From assembly GCA_947445225.1 (NCBI GenBank), contig CANFCX010000001.1, positions 154,287-217,355 of the forward strand: 63,069 nt of DNA, given 5' to 3'. The stretch comes from Rhodospirillales bacterium (GTDB taxonomy: Bacteria > Pseudomonadota > Alphaproteobacteria > CACIAM-22H2). Numbering within the stretch: position 1 is the first letter of the stretch; every line of letters begins with the position of its first letter. The notes under the pieces are model-generated. The model was given only the letters and a program-made list of their open reading frames with translations, had not been told where the DNA came from and ran no database searches. This document shows, in pieces, positions 18,333 to 27,438 of this stretch. The position numbers were made by a program, and so were the translations under genes.

Positions 18333-20246
18333 TTAGGCCGTGGGGAGTTTGGCCTCGGCGGTAACTCTAGCGATGGCGTCTTCCAGCGCAAGGACTTCTT
18401 GCGCGCCGCCCGCCAACCGCCGCATCGAAACCTGGCGGTTTTCGGATTCCCGCTTGCCGATGGCGAACAGGATCGGCGCCTTTGCCAAGGAATGTTCGCG
18501 CACCTTGTAGCCGATCTTCTCGTTGCGGAGGTCGATCTCAACCCGCAGGCCGGCGGCGGCCAGGAGGCGCTGGACCTCGGTGGCATAGTCATCACCATCG
18601 TTGGTGATGGTCGCGACCACGATTTGGACCGGAGCCAACCAGAGCGGGAAGCGCCCGGCATAGTGCTCGATGAGCACGCCGACGAAGCGCTCGACCGAAC
18701 CGAGGATGGCGCGGTGAAGCATCACCGGCCGGTGTTTTTGGCCATCCTCGCCGATGTAATTTGCATCGAGCCGCTCGGGCAGAACGAAATCGACCTGAAG
18801 CGTGCCGCATTGCCAATCGCGGCCGATGGCATCTTTCAGAACAAATTCCAGCTTCGGTCCATAAAAGGCGCCTTCGCCCGGGTTGAGCACGTAGTCGAGC
18901 CCCGCCGCCTTCACCGCGTTCTTTAACGCCGCTTCGGCTTTGTCCCAGATCGCGTCGCTGCCGGCGCGCCGCGCCGGCCGGTCGGAAAACTTGACCTGCG
19001 GCTGGCCGAAACCGAAATCGCGATAGACCTGTTGCAGCAACGAACAAAACGCCACCGTCTCGGACGTAATCTGATCTTCGGTGCAGAAAATATGGGCGTC
19101 GTCTTGGGTAAAGGCGCGCACGCGCATCAACCCATGCAGGGCTCCCGACGGTTCGTTGCGATGGCAGGAACCGAACTCGGCCATACGCAGCGGCAGGTCG
19201 CGATAACTCTTCAGACCCTGGCGAAATATCTGGACGTGGCCGGGGCAGTTCATCGGCTTAAGCGCGAGAACTTTGTTTTCGGACTCGGCGGTAAACATGT
19301 GTTCGCCGAACTTCTCCCAATGGCCGGAGGCCTCCCACAGCGAGCGGTCGAGGAGCTGCGGAGTCCGCACCTCGACATAACCGTCGCCTTCGATTCGGCG
19401 CCGCACATGGTTTTCAACCATGCGGTAGAGTGTCCAGCCCTTGGGATGCCAGAACACGTTGCCGACGGCTTCGTCCTGCTGATGAAACAGCGCCATTTCG
19501 CGACCCAGGCGGCGATGATCGCGAAGCTCCGCCTCTTCCAGCCGATGGAGATAGTCCTTGAGTTGATCGTCCGTCGCCCAGGCCGTGCCATAGATGCGCT
19601 GAAGCATGGCGTTGCGCGAATCGCCGCGCCAATAGGCGCCGGCAAGTTTCATCAGCTTGAACGCGGTGCCGAGCTTGCCGGTCGCGGGCAGATGCGGCCC
19701 GACGCAGAGATCGATGAAATCACCCTGGCGATAAAGGCTGATTTCTTCGCCGGCCGGAAAACTTTCGATGAGTTCGGCCTTGTAGTGCTCGCCGATCGAT
19801 TTGAAAAAAGCGATGGCCTTGTTGCGGTCCCAGACTTCCCGCGTGATCTCTTCGTTGCGGCCGACAATCTCGCGCATGCGCGTCTCGATGATCGGCAAAT
19901 CATCGGGTGTGAAGGCGGTGTCGCGGTGAAAGTCGTAATAGAACCCGTCCTCAATCGCCGGACCGATCGTGACTTGGGTTTCGGGATAGAGTTCCTTGAC
20001 CGCCTCCGCCATGACATGCGCCGCGTCGTGGCGGATCAATTCGAGCGCGTCGGCGTCCTTGCGTGTGACGATCGATATTTTCGCGTCGTGGTCGAGGACG
20101 GTTTTCAGATCGCGCAGAGCGCCATCGATCCTGATGGCAAGCGCATCCTTCGCCAGTCGCGGGCCGATCGCGGCGGCGACCGCGGCCCCGCTGATCGGAC
20201 CATCGAAGCGGCGAACACTGCCGTCGGGCAAGGTGAGAGCGGGCAT
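18333..20246 (-). CDS. thrS: Threonine--tRNA ligase
   Basis: TGS start [12 protein letters not shown] and class II motifs ([26 protein letters not shown]). ATG 20246 chosen over the maximal ORF start at 20288. Confidence 0.95.
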   Translation of the reverse strand: MPALTLPDGSVRRFDGPISGAAVAAAIGPRLAKDALAIRIDGALRDLKTVLDHDAKISIVTRKDADALELIRHDAAHVMAEAVKELYPETQVTIGPAIEDGFYYDFHRDTAFTPDDLPIIETRMREIVGRNEEITREVWDRNKAIAFFKSIGEHYKAELIESFPAGEEISLYRQGDFIDLCVGPHLPATGKLGTAFKLMKLAGAYWRGDSRNAMLQRIYGTAWATDDQLKDYLHRLEEAELRDHRRLGREMALFHQQDEAVGNVFWHPKGWTLYRMVENHVRRRIEGDGYVEVRTPQLLDRSLWEASGHWEKFGEHMFTAESENKVLALKPMNCPGHVQIFRQGLKSYRDLPLRMAEFGSCHRNEPSGALHGLMRVRAFTQDDAHIFCTEDQITSETVAFCSLLQQVYRDFGFGQPQVKFSDRPARRAGSDAIWDKAEAALKNAVKAAGLDYVLNPGEGAFYGPKLEFVLKDAIGRDWQCGTLQVDFVLPERLDANYIGEDGQKHRPVMLHRAILGSVERFVGVLIEHYAGRFPLWLAPVQIVVATITNDGDDYATEVQRLLAAAGLRVEIDLRNEKIGYKVREHSLAKAPILFAIGKRESENRQVSMRRLAGGAQEVLALEDAIARVTAEAKLPTA

Positions 20247-20310
20247 GGCGCGGCTCAAAACGGCTGTTTTTCGGACAGAACCGGGCAATCTAGAGGGAAT
20301 CGATGAAGTG

Positions 20311-21267
20311 TCAAGCGCGGGGGGTCAGCCATTCCCAGACTTCCGCCGGGGGCAGCTCGCCCAGGCTCTCGCCGCGTAGAACGGTGACGTCGGCGCCACG
20401 CGGCGCGCACAAAGCCGGATCGGAAGCCGACGAAAATAGGACCAGGGCTCGGCATCCGGCGGCCGCGATCAGATGCATGGGGCCGGTGTCGTTGCCGATA
20501 GCGGCCTTGGCGCCGCGCGCCAGGATGGCGATGTCGGCGAGGGAGGTTTCGCCCGCCAGATCCAACCCCGGCGGACAGTCGCGGAGGATGGCTTGAATCA
20601 TGGGTTTTTCCGATTCCGTGCCCAGGAGTACCGGTTGTTGCCCCGAGGCGGCCAGAGTTGCGCAGAGCCCGGCATAGTGGGTCGCCGGCCATCTCTTTTC
20701 CGGGCGGTGGAGCGAGCCGCCGGGAACCAACAACACATAGGGTGGGCGTAACCGAAAGCGTGAAACGTCTGCCCGCGCCCAAGATAGGTCGGGGGCGGAC
20801 ACGGCGGCGATTCCGGCCATCCGCAACTGTTCGGCCTGTCGTTCCACCGTATGCATGAGATCGCGGCGCGGATTGGCGTGTGGGTGGGAACAACCCGAGG
20901 CGATGCCCGACCACTCCGGCCGCCGCCCCGGTCCGAGGAGCCGGAAATAGGCGCCGCTGCGGTCAGAGGTCTGAAGGTCATAGACGCGATCGAAGGCGCC
21001 GTCGATCAGCCTGCGCCGAAGCCGGAGCCAACCGCCGACATCCCAAAAACGCGGGCGATCATCCACCCACACCGCGTCGAAATAGGGACTCGCGGCGGCG
21101 AAATCGGCGAACGCCGGGCCGGTCAGCAACGTGACTTGGGCATCGCGGTGGTGTTGGCGGATGGCGGCGAAAGGTCCCAGGGCCTGAACGAAATCGCCGA
21201 GCGCGCCGAGCTTGACGACGAGGATGCGCGACGCCCCCGGTGCGGGCGCTGCCGGTGCCTGGCTCAA
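20311..21267 (-). CDS. Glycosyltransferase family 9 (LPS heptosyltransferase-like)
   Basis: [15 protein letters not shown]-terminus and C-terminal [11 protein letters not shown]-like motif ([12 protein letters not shown]). TTG start. Confidence 0.8.
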   Translation of the reverse strand: MSQAPAAPAPGASRILVVKLGALGDFVQALGPFAAIRQHHRDAQVTLLTGPAFADFAAASPYFDAVWVDDRPRFWDVGGWLRLRRRLIDGAFDRVYDLQTSDRSGAYFRLLGPGRRPEWSGIASGCSHPHANPRRDLMHTVERQAEQLRMAGIAAVSAPDLSWARADVSRFRLRPPYVLLVPGGSLHRPEKRWPATHYAGLCATLAASGQQPVLLGTESEKPMIQAILRDCPPGLDLAGETSLADIAILARGAKAAIGNDTGPMHLIAAAGCRALVLFSSASDPALCAPRGADVTVLRGESLGELPPAEVWEWLTPRA

Positions 21268-21277
21268 TGCAGGCCGC

Positions 21278-22468
21278 TCACGCCGGGGGATCGTTCAAGA
21301 GTTCGGCGTAGACATCAAGGGTCGCCTGGCACATGGCTTCCTTTGAGAAACGCTCGTGAACATGGGCGACGGCCGTCTCCGCCAGGCGGATACGGCCTTC
21401 TTCGCGCAGAGACAACGCCTGATCGATTGCCTGGGCCAGGGCATCGGCGTCGCCGGGCGGCACCAGCCAACCGGTCTCGCCGGGGATCACGGTTTCGCGG
21501 GCGCCGCCATGATCGGATGCAACCACCGGACGGCCCATGGCCTGGGCCTCGGCGATGACACGTCCGAACGCCTCGGGATCGGTCGAGGCCGAAATGACGA
21601 CCGTCGCCAGCATCAAGGCGGCCGGCATGTCGCGGCAATCGTCGACGATGCGGGTCGAAAATCCGATACCGAGGCGTTCGGCCATGGCCTCCAGCTCCGT
21701 CCGGTATTTGGTTCGCCCCTGGTCGGAACCGACGATGACACAGGCGACGTCCGGCCGCTTCAGCTTTGCCATCGCCTCGAGCAACACCGATTGGCCTTTC
21801 CATCGGGTAAGGCGGCCGGGCAGCATGACGACGGGGGCGCCGTCGGGAAGTCGCCAATGTACGGCAAGCTGGATGATGCGTTCGGGCGATACGCGGTGAG
21901 CATCAAAGATGCCGAGATCGATGCCGCGGGGAATGACACGGATGCGGTCGGGATCGGTGCCATAGGCATCGATCATGTGAGCGGCGATGAAGTTCGAGAT
22001 GGCGATCACACGCTCGCCGCGTGCCATCACCGAATTGTACCAGCGCTTGAACCGGGTCTCGGCGCCATAGGTGCCGTGGAACGTCGTGATGAAGGGGCGC
22101 CGGCTGCGCCGGGCGGCCAGCCAGGCGCTCCAGGCCGGCGCGCGCGAACGCGCGTGGACGATGTCGACGTTGCGTTCGGCGATCACGCGCCGAAGGCGTC
22201 CGACATTGGCGGCGATGACAAACGGGTTCTTGCTGTCGACCGGCAAGGTAATGTGGGTTGCGCCCGCGCGTTCGATTTCGCGCACCATCGGCCCACCGGC
22301 GGACGCGACCAGCGAGGTCCAACCGGCGGCGGCCAGTGCCGCGGCGATATCGACCGCCCCCCGCTCGACGCCGCCGGTGACCAGGCTCGGCAGAATTTGC
22401 AATACCACGGGTGGACGCGTCGGCGGCGCCGCTAATTCCTGCTCGTTTTCGGCAATGCTACTATCCAT
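21278..22468 (-). CDS. Glycosyltransferase family 4 (group 1)
   Basis: LQILPSLVTGGVERG N-terminus and a GT1-type C-terminal EAFGRVIAEAQAMGRPVV motif. ATG 22468 chosen. Confidence 0.8.
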   Translation of the reverse strand: MDSSIAENEQELAAPPTRPPVVLQILPSLVTGGVERGAVDIAAALAAAGWTSLVASAGGPMVREIERAGATHITLPVDSKNPFVIAANVGRLRRVIAERNVDIVHARSRAPAWSAWLAARRSRRPFITTFHGTYGAETRFKRWYNSVMARGERVIAISNFIAAHMIDAYGTDPDRIRVIPRGIDLGIFDAHRVSPERIIQLAVHWRLPDGAPVVMLPGRLTRWKGQSVLLEAMAKLKRPDVACVIVGSDQGRTKYRTELEAMAERLGIGFSTRIVDDCRDMPAALMLATVVISASTDPEAFGRVIAEAQAMGRPVVASDHGGARETVIPGETGWLVPPGDADALAQAIDQALSLREEGRIRLAETAVAHVHERFSKEAMCQATLDVYAELLNDPPA

Positions 22469-22501
22469 CGAATTTCTGATTTTCCAACCCGAGCGATCAT
22501 C

Positions 22502-23311
22502 GTGCAGGCAACCTCTGGAACCGGGCCCCAGACCCCGGTCGCGGCAACCGAGCCGCCGCAAATTCTATCACGCGACATGGGTGTCTCAATCGCCTACCGG
22601 CGCATTGAAGGCAAATCTCCGGGTGTGATGTTTTTCGGCGGCTTCAGGTCCGACATGACCGGCACCAAGGCGGTGGCGCTGGAAGCGGCCTGCCGCGCGG
22701 CCGAGCGGGCCTTTATTCGCTTCGACTATCGGGGTCACGGCGAATCCTCCGGCCGCTTCGAGGATGGCACTATTGGAGACTGGGCCGCGGACGCGATCGC
22801 CGTTCTCGATGCGCTGACGACCGGCCCGCAGATTCTCGTGGGCTCCAGCATGGGCGGCTGGATCATGCTGTTGGCGGCGCTGGCCCGGCCGAATCGTGTC
22901 CGGGGCCTGGTCGGCGTGGCGTCCGCCCCGGATTTCACCGAAGACCTGGTGTGGGACCGGCTGACCGACGACGTCAGGCGGGCATTGCAACGCGAGGGCG
23001 TGTGGCGCGAGCCTTCTGCTTATGGCGAGCCCGTTCCGATCACCCTACGCCTGATCGAGGAAGGGCGCGGCCACCTTCTCCTCGGCGGCTCCATTCCGAT
23101 CAAGGTCCCGGTGCGCCTGCTGCACGGCATGCGCGATCTCGAAGTGCCCTGGCAGACCTCTCAGAAGCTCCTGCAAGCCATGGAATCCGAGGATGTTCAG
23201 CTCCATCTCGTCAAGGATGGCGACCATCGCCTTTCTCGACCGCAAGACCTCCGGCTGATCGAAGGCTTCGTCACCGACCTGGCCCGGATTCCGCCGCCAA
23301 TATCGCGCTGA
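22502..23311 (+). CDS. Alpha/beta hydrolase fold protein
   Basis: GGFRSDMTGTKA block, nucleophile elbow GSSMGG and C-terminal DGDH. GTG start. Confidence 0.7.
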   Translation: MQATSGTGPQTPVAATEPPQILSRDMGVSIAYRRIEGKSPGVMFFGGFRSDMTGTKAVALEAACRAAERAFIRFDYRGHGESSGRFEDGTIGDWAADAIAVLDALTTGPQILVGSSMGGWIMLLAALARPNRVRGLVGVASAPDFTEDLVWDRLTDDVRRALQREGVWREPSAYGEPVPITLRLIEEGRGHLLLGGSIPIKVPVRLLHGMRDLEVPWQTSQKLLQAMESEDVQLHLVKDGDHRLSRPQDLRLIEGFVTDLARIPPPISR

Positions 23312-24158
23312 GGCCGGCGCGATAGTCGGGATAGAGGAGGCGAACGCCGAGTTCCGTCTTGATGCGCTGATTGGCGACGCGTTTGCTGTCGGCGTAGAAC
23401 GACAGCGCCATTTCCGACATCGTCGCCCGGGCCCGGTCGAAGGGTTCCTCCGGCGGCGGCGGTACGCCCAACAAATTGCAGGCGAAGGCGACGACGTCTT
23501 GCGGGGGCGCCGGATCGTCGTCGCAGACGTTGTAGATGGCGCCGGGATTGGGCCGAACCATCGACGCGCGCAGGACCGAAGAGATGTCGGCCACGTGGGT
23601 GCGTGAAAAAACCTGGCCCGGCTTGACAACTCTTCGCGCGGTTCCCGCCCGCACGGTGTCGACCGCGCTGCGCCCCGGTCCGTAGATGCCCGCGAGCCGA
23701 AAGACGTGCACCGGCAGGCCGTGCCGTTGCCCCAGCTCGAGCCACGCCTTTTCCGCCGCGACGCGGCGGCGGTTGCGCGGCCCGGTCGGGCGGAGTTCGG
23801 CATCTTCGTCGACCCAATCGCCGTCGCGATTGCCATAGACGCCGGTCGTGGACAGGTATCCGACCCAGCGAAGCTCCGGGATCGCCGCGATCGATGCGGC
23901 GTGTTCGTCCAACACCGGATCGCCCAATTCGTCGGGCGGGATGGAGATGAGCAGGTAATTCGCGCTCTCAAGCGCCGATGTCGAAACCCTCCGACCCCTT
24001 TCGAAGCAAAGTGATGCCACACCCGCGGTCGATGGGGGGGCCGGTTCCCCATCGCGGCAACGATGGGTGCCGGCGACTCCCCAGCCTTCGGCGGCGAGGA
24101 CTGCCCCGAGATGGGCGGCCGTGTAGCCGAGGCCGAAGCAAAATAGGCGGGGAGTCAT
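23271..24158 (-). CDS. NAD(P)-dependent SDR/epimerase-family oxidoreductase
   Basis: N-terminal Rossmann-like FCFGLGYTA. Extended-SDR length. Overlaps the convergent hydrolase gene by 41 nt. Confidence 0.65.
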   Translation of the reverse strand: MTPRLFCFGLGYTAAHLGAVLAAEGWGVAGTHRCRDGEPAPPSTAGVASLCFERGRRVSTSALESANYLLISIPPDELGDPVLDEHAASIAAIPELRWVGYLSTTGVYGNRDGDWVDEDAELRPTGPRNRRRVAAEKAWLELGQRHGLPVHVFRLAGIYGPGRSAVDTVRAGTARRVVKPGQVFSRTHVADISSVLRASMVRPNPGAIYNVCDDDPAPPQDVVAFACNLLGVPPPPEEPFDRARATMSEMALSFYADSKRVANQRIKTELGVRLLYPDYRAGLSAILAAESGPGR

Positions 24159-24315
24159 GGCTGCTGAGACACCGGTTGGAGGGAGGTGGGACTGTAACGA
24201 GTGCCGCGGCCGGCCGGCAATGCGACCGTTCTTCTCGGCCCGGCAATTCTTGCCCCGATGCCGGAAATCCGTGGGGGACGGAATCTCAACCGATTGATTT
24301 TGCTAAATGAAATGC

Positions 24316-24331
24316 TGGCACCGGATTTGCT
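24316..24331 (+). promoter_or_regulatory. Candidate sigma-54 (RpoN) -24/-12 promoter
   Basis: AATGC-TGGCACC-GGAT-TTGCT matches TGGCACG-N4-TTGCW with the exact GG/GC spacing. Lies 34 nt upstream of the ATG at 24365. Confidence 0.45.
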
Positions 24332-24364
24332 ACCCCATTGATAACGATCTGGTAGTAGCCAACG

Positions 24365-25369
24365 ATGACCGAAGCCATTCTTCCTTTGTCGCCGCTCTCC
24401 GCGGCAGGCACTAATCCATCGGCACCGCAAGCGGCCGCGCCAAGTTCGTTTTCCTTTGGCGACCTGCTGTCGGTGCTGAACCCGCTTCAGCATATCCCGG
24501 TCGTCGGCACGATTTATCGCGCCATCACCGGTGACGTCATTCATCCGGCAGCGCGCATCCTTGGCGGGGCGTTGTTCGGCGGTCCCATCGGGCTGGTAAC
24601 GTCCATCGCCAACGCGATGTTCGAACAGATAACCGGAAAGGATGTCGGCGACCAGGCGCTTGCCTTGCTCGATCTTTCCTCCGACAAATCGCCGCCTGTT
24701 CCCGCCGGCGCCAATTCCAACATCGCCGCCGGCAACGCCGATACCGCCAAACCGGCGCCCGCGGCGCAGCTCGCAAGCGCGGCGGCCGAGGATATTCCGG
24801 AGGATCGCCCCAACGCGATTCGTTGGCTCACCGAACGCCAACAAGTGCAGGCGGCGCCCGCGGAACTTGCCGCCGCCGGTCCAGCGCCGAGTGGGAAGAT
24901 CGAGTGGTCGTCGGGGCGCCAGTTCGCCAAGTTGGAGATCGCGCCGGACATCGTTCCGCCGACGTTAAATCCCATCGCCGCCGGGGGCCGACCGATGACA
25001 CCCACGGTGCCGCTGAAACTCGGAATGGATCCGGCGACGGTCGCGACTCAGGCGCAGCTCCAGGTCGCGAATATGCGCGGTGCGTCGGGCGCGACACCTC
25101 CGGCGTCTCGTGGCGTGCCGTTGGCGTATCAACCCAAGCCGAACCTAGTTGCGGCCGCGCGTTTCGCGCCGCCCGTTCCCATGCCGCCGGCGGAAATCAA
25201 ACCGACGATATTAACGCCTGCGAATGGCCCGGTGGCGGTGGCCGCGCCGATCGCGCCGGCCGCGCCGGCACCCGGTCCCTGGTTCGTCGATGCCATGGCC
25301 AAGGGCCTCGAGCGTTATGGCGACGTCGCCCGTCCGCCGGCGGGAGCCAAGGTCGACCTGATCCGCTAA
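24365..25369 (+). CDS. Hypothetical Pro/Ala-rich protein with a conserved-looking N-terminal block
   Basis: Long ORF with ATG start. N-terminal FSFGDLLSVLNPLQHIPVVGTIYRAITGD..GGALFGGPIGL, then a low-complexity A/P-rich remainder. No family recognised. Confidence 0.5.
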   Translation: MTEAILPLSPLSAAGTNPSAPQAAAPSSFSFGDLLSVLNPLQHIPVVGTIYRAITGDVIHPAARILGGALFGGPIGLVTSIANAMFEQITGKDVGDQALALLDLSSDKSPPVPAGANSNIAAGNADTAKPAPAAQLASAAAEDIPEDRPNAIRWLTERQQVQAAPAELAAAGPAPSGKIEWSSGRQFAKLEIAPDIVPPTLNPIAAGGRPMTPTVPLKLGMDPATVATQAQLQVANMRGASGATPPASRGVPLAYQPKPNLVAAARFAPPVPMPPAEIKPTILTPANGPVAVAAPIAPAAPAPGPWFVDAMAKGLERYGDVARPPAGAKVDLIR

Positions 25370-25428
25370 GCCAGGACCCGGCGTCGCCGCGCTTGCCACT
25401 CGGCGGGGCCAAATGCTTTTGTGGCCGC

Positions 25429-25956
25429 ATGTCCAAGATAGACGGCAAAGCCGACATCGTCGTATCGCGGAGCGGAGTGTTGACCTGGCGCGGTCGCGAC
25501 TATCGCTGCGCCATCGGACGATCCGGCATCGGCAACGATAAACGTGAAGGGGATGGGGCAAGCCCGGCCGGCCGGTTTGCGTTGCGCCGCGTGTATTTCC
25601 GCCCGGATCGGTTGGCGCCGCCGGTGACGCGGTTGCCGGTGGTGGCGCTCACCCCCGCTGATGGCTGGTGCGACGATCCCGGCGATCCCTGCTATAACCG
25701 CCCGGTGCGCCTGCCCTATGTCGCCCGGGCCGAGACCCTTTGGCGGGAGGATCATGTTTATGACGCGATCGCCGTGCTGGGGCACAATGACGATCCGCCG
25801 GCTTCGGGAAAAGGGAGCGCGATTTTCCTGCATGTCGCCCGCGACGCGTATGCGCCAACGGAGGGTTGTGTTGCCTTGGCCCTCGGCGATTTGTTGACGG
25901 TCTTGCGCGATTGCGACCCGGCGACGTTTCTCTGGATCGGGGACGATTCACTCTGA
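25429..25956 (+). CDS. L,D-transpeptidase catalytic (YkuD) domain family protein, no signal peptide seen
   Basis: GSAIFLHV..TEGCVAL catalytic His/Cys motif. Start trimmed to ATG 25429 (MSKIDGKADIVV); the maximal ORF starts at 24823. Confidence 0.7.
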   Translation: MSKIDGKADIVVSRSGVLTWRGRDYRCAIGRSGIGNDKREGDGASPAGRFALRRVYFRPDRLAPPVTRLPVVALTPADGWCDDPGDPCYNRPVRLPYVARAETLWREDHVYDAIAVLGHNDDPPASGKGSAIFLHVARDAYAPTEGCVALALGDLLTVLRDCDPATFLWIGDDSL

Positions 25957-26673
25957 ACCGGCCACCGCGGGCGGGCGCGATCCGAAGATCGCGGCGCCAA
26001 GTCGCACGTGTGTGGCGCCAAAGGCGATGGCGATCTCGAAATCGGCGCTCATTCCCATGCTCAATGCCGCGATGCCGTTGCGACGGGCGATCTGGGACAG
26101 CAAGGCGAAATGCAAGGACGGCTCCTCGGCGACCGGCGGGACACACATCAGCCCCTCGACCCGCAGACCGTGAACCTCGCGGCATTGTTGGATAAAGCTA
26201 TCGGCGTCCGCCGGGACGATTCCGGCCTTTTGCGGCTCCTCGCCGGTGTTGACCTGCACGAAGCAGGCGGGATGGCGGACGATGCCGTCTTGCCGCGAAC
26301 GACGACTCTCGGCCGCGATGGCGGCGGCCAGCTTTGGACGGTCGACGGTCTCGATGACGTCGAACAGGGCGACCGCCTCGCGCACCTTGTTGGTCTGCAA
26401 CGGGCCGATCATATGCAGCGCCAGGTCGGGGTGCGCCGCTTTCAACGCCGGGTATTTCGCCAACGCCTCCTGCACGCGGTTTTCCCCGAATACCCGCTGG
26501 CCGGCGGCTAGGGCTTCGCGGATCGCGGCTTCGGGATGGGTTTTGGTCACGGCGACCAGGGTGACGCTGCCGGGCCGCCGATCATTGGCGGCCTCGGCCG
26601 CGGCGATCCGGGCCCGGACCCGTTCGAGCGCAATGGCGACATCGGTGCGGGTTTGCGCTTCGGCCACGGTCAT
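25948..26673 (-). CDS. yggS: YggS-family pyridoxal-phosphate homeostasis protein
   Basis: VTLVAVTKTHP (PLP lysine), FGENRVQE and HMIGPLQTNK blocks. Start at ATG 26673 or 26697 is uncertain. Confidence 0.85.
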   Translation of the reverse strand: MTVAEAQTRTDVAIALERVRARIAAAEAANDRRPGSVTLVAVTKTHPEAAIREALAAGQRVFGENRVQEALAKYPALKAAHPDLALHMIGPLQTNKVREAVALFDVIETVDRPKLAAAIAAESRRSRQDGIVRHPACFVQVNTGEEPQKAGIVPADADSFIQQCREVHGLRVEGLMCVPPVAEEPSLHFALLSQIARRNGIAALSMGMSADFEIAIAFGATHVRLGAAIFGSRPPAVAGSE

Positions 26674-26695
26674 GGCAGGGTCGCGCGCTAGAGCC

Positions 26696-27427
26696 ATGGA
26701 CAAAGACAATCTGCGCGCCCGAGTGGCCGCCATCCCATTTTGGTATCACCGCATCGACCTGCCCGGCGGCGTGACGACTCCGGGATGGGCGCCGATGGAT
26801 GCCGCGGCGTATCGAATTCCCGGCGATTTATCGGGAAAGCGCGTCTTGGACGTGGGTGCATGGGATGGTTACTGGACCTTCGCGGCGCTGGCGCGCGGTG
26901 CGCGGGAAGTGGTGGCGATCGACGATTTTTCGGATCATCTCGGCGGCGCCGGCGCGGCGCGCTTGGCATGGGAGACGTTCGATCTGTGCCGCGAGGCGTT
27001 GGGTCTGAGCGGGGATCGCTGCCAACGCCGGGAAATTTCGGTTTATGAGGTTTCGGAAGCCGCGCTCGGACGTTTCGACATCGTGTTCTGCTTCGGCACG
27101 CTCTACCATCTGCGCCACCCGTTGCTCGCGCTCGACCGCCTTGCCGCGTTGTGCAACGAGGCGATTTTCGTCGAATCCGCGATTCTCGACGACTATAGCC
27201 CCTATTGGGGCGGGCTTGGACACGGTTATCCGGGTCGTCAGATGGTGATGGAGTTTTATCCGGACGACCGTTATGGCGGCAACGCGACCAATTGGTGGGT
27301 GCCGACATTGGAGTGTTTGTCGGCGATGACCCGTGCCGCGGGCTTCGCCAAGACCGAGGCCTGGAAATTGGTGGAGAAGCCACAGGAGCTTGCGCGCTGC
27401 CGGGGTTTCGTGCGCGGCGACAAATAG
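26696..27427 (+). CDS. Class I SAM-dependent methyltransferase (DUF1698/CmoB-like N-terminal region)
   Basis: FWYHRIDLPGGVTTPG, then motif I VLDVGAWDGYW and FCFGTLYHLRHP. Start trimmed to ATG 26696. Confidence 0.75.
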   Translation: MDKDNLRARVAAIPFWYHRIDLPGGVTTPGWAPMDAAAYRIPGDLSGKRVLDVGAWDGYWTFAALARGAREVVAIDDFSDHLGGAGAARLAWETFDLCREALGLSGDRCQRREISVYEVSEAALGRFDIVFCFGTLYHLRHPLLALDRLAALCNEAIFVESAILDDYSPYWGGLGHGYPGRQMVMEFYPDDRYGGNATNWWVPTLECLSAMTRAAGFAKTEAWKLVEKPQELARCRGFVRGDK

Positions 27428-27438
27428 GATCGATAGGA

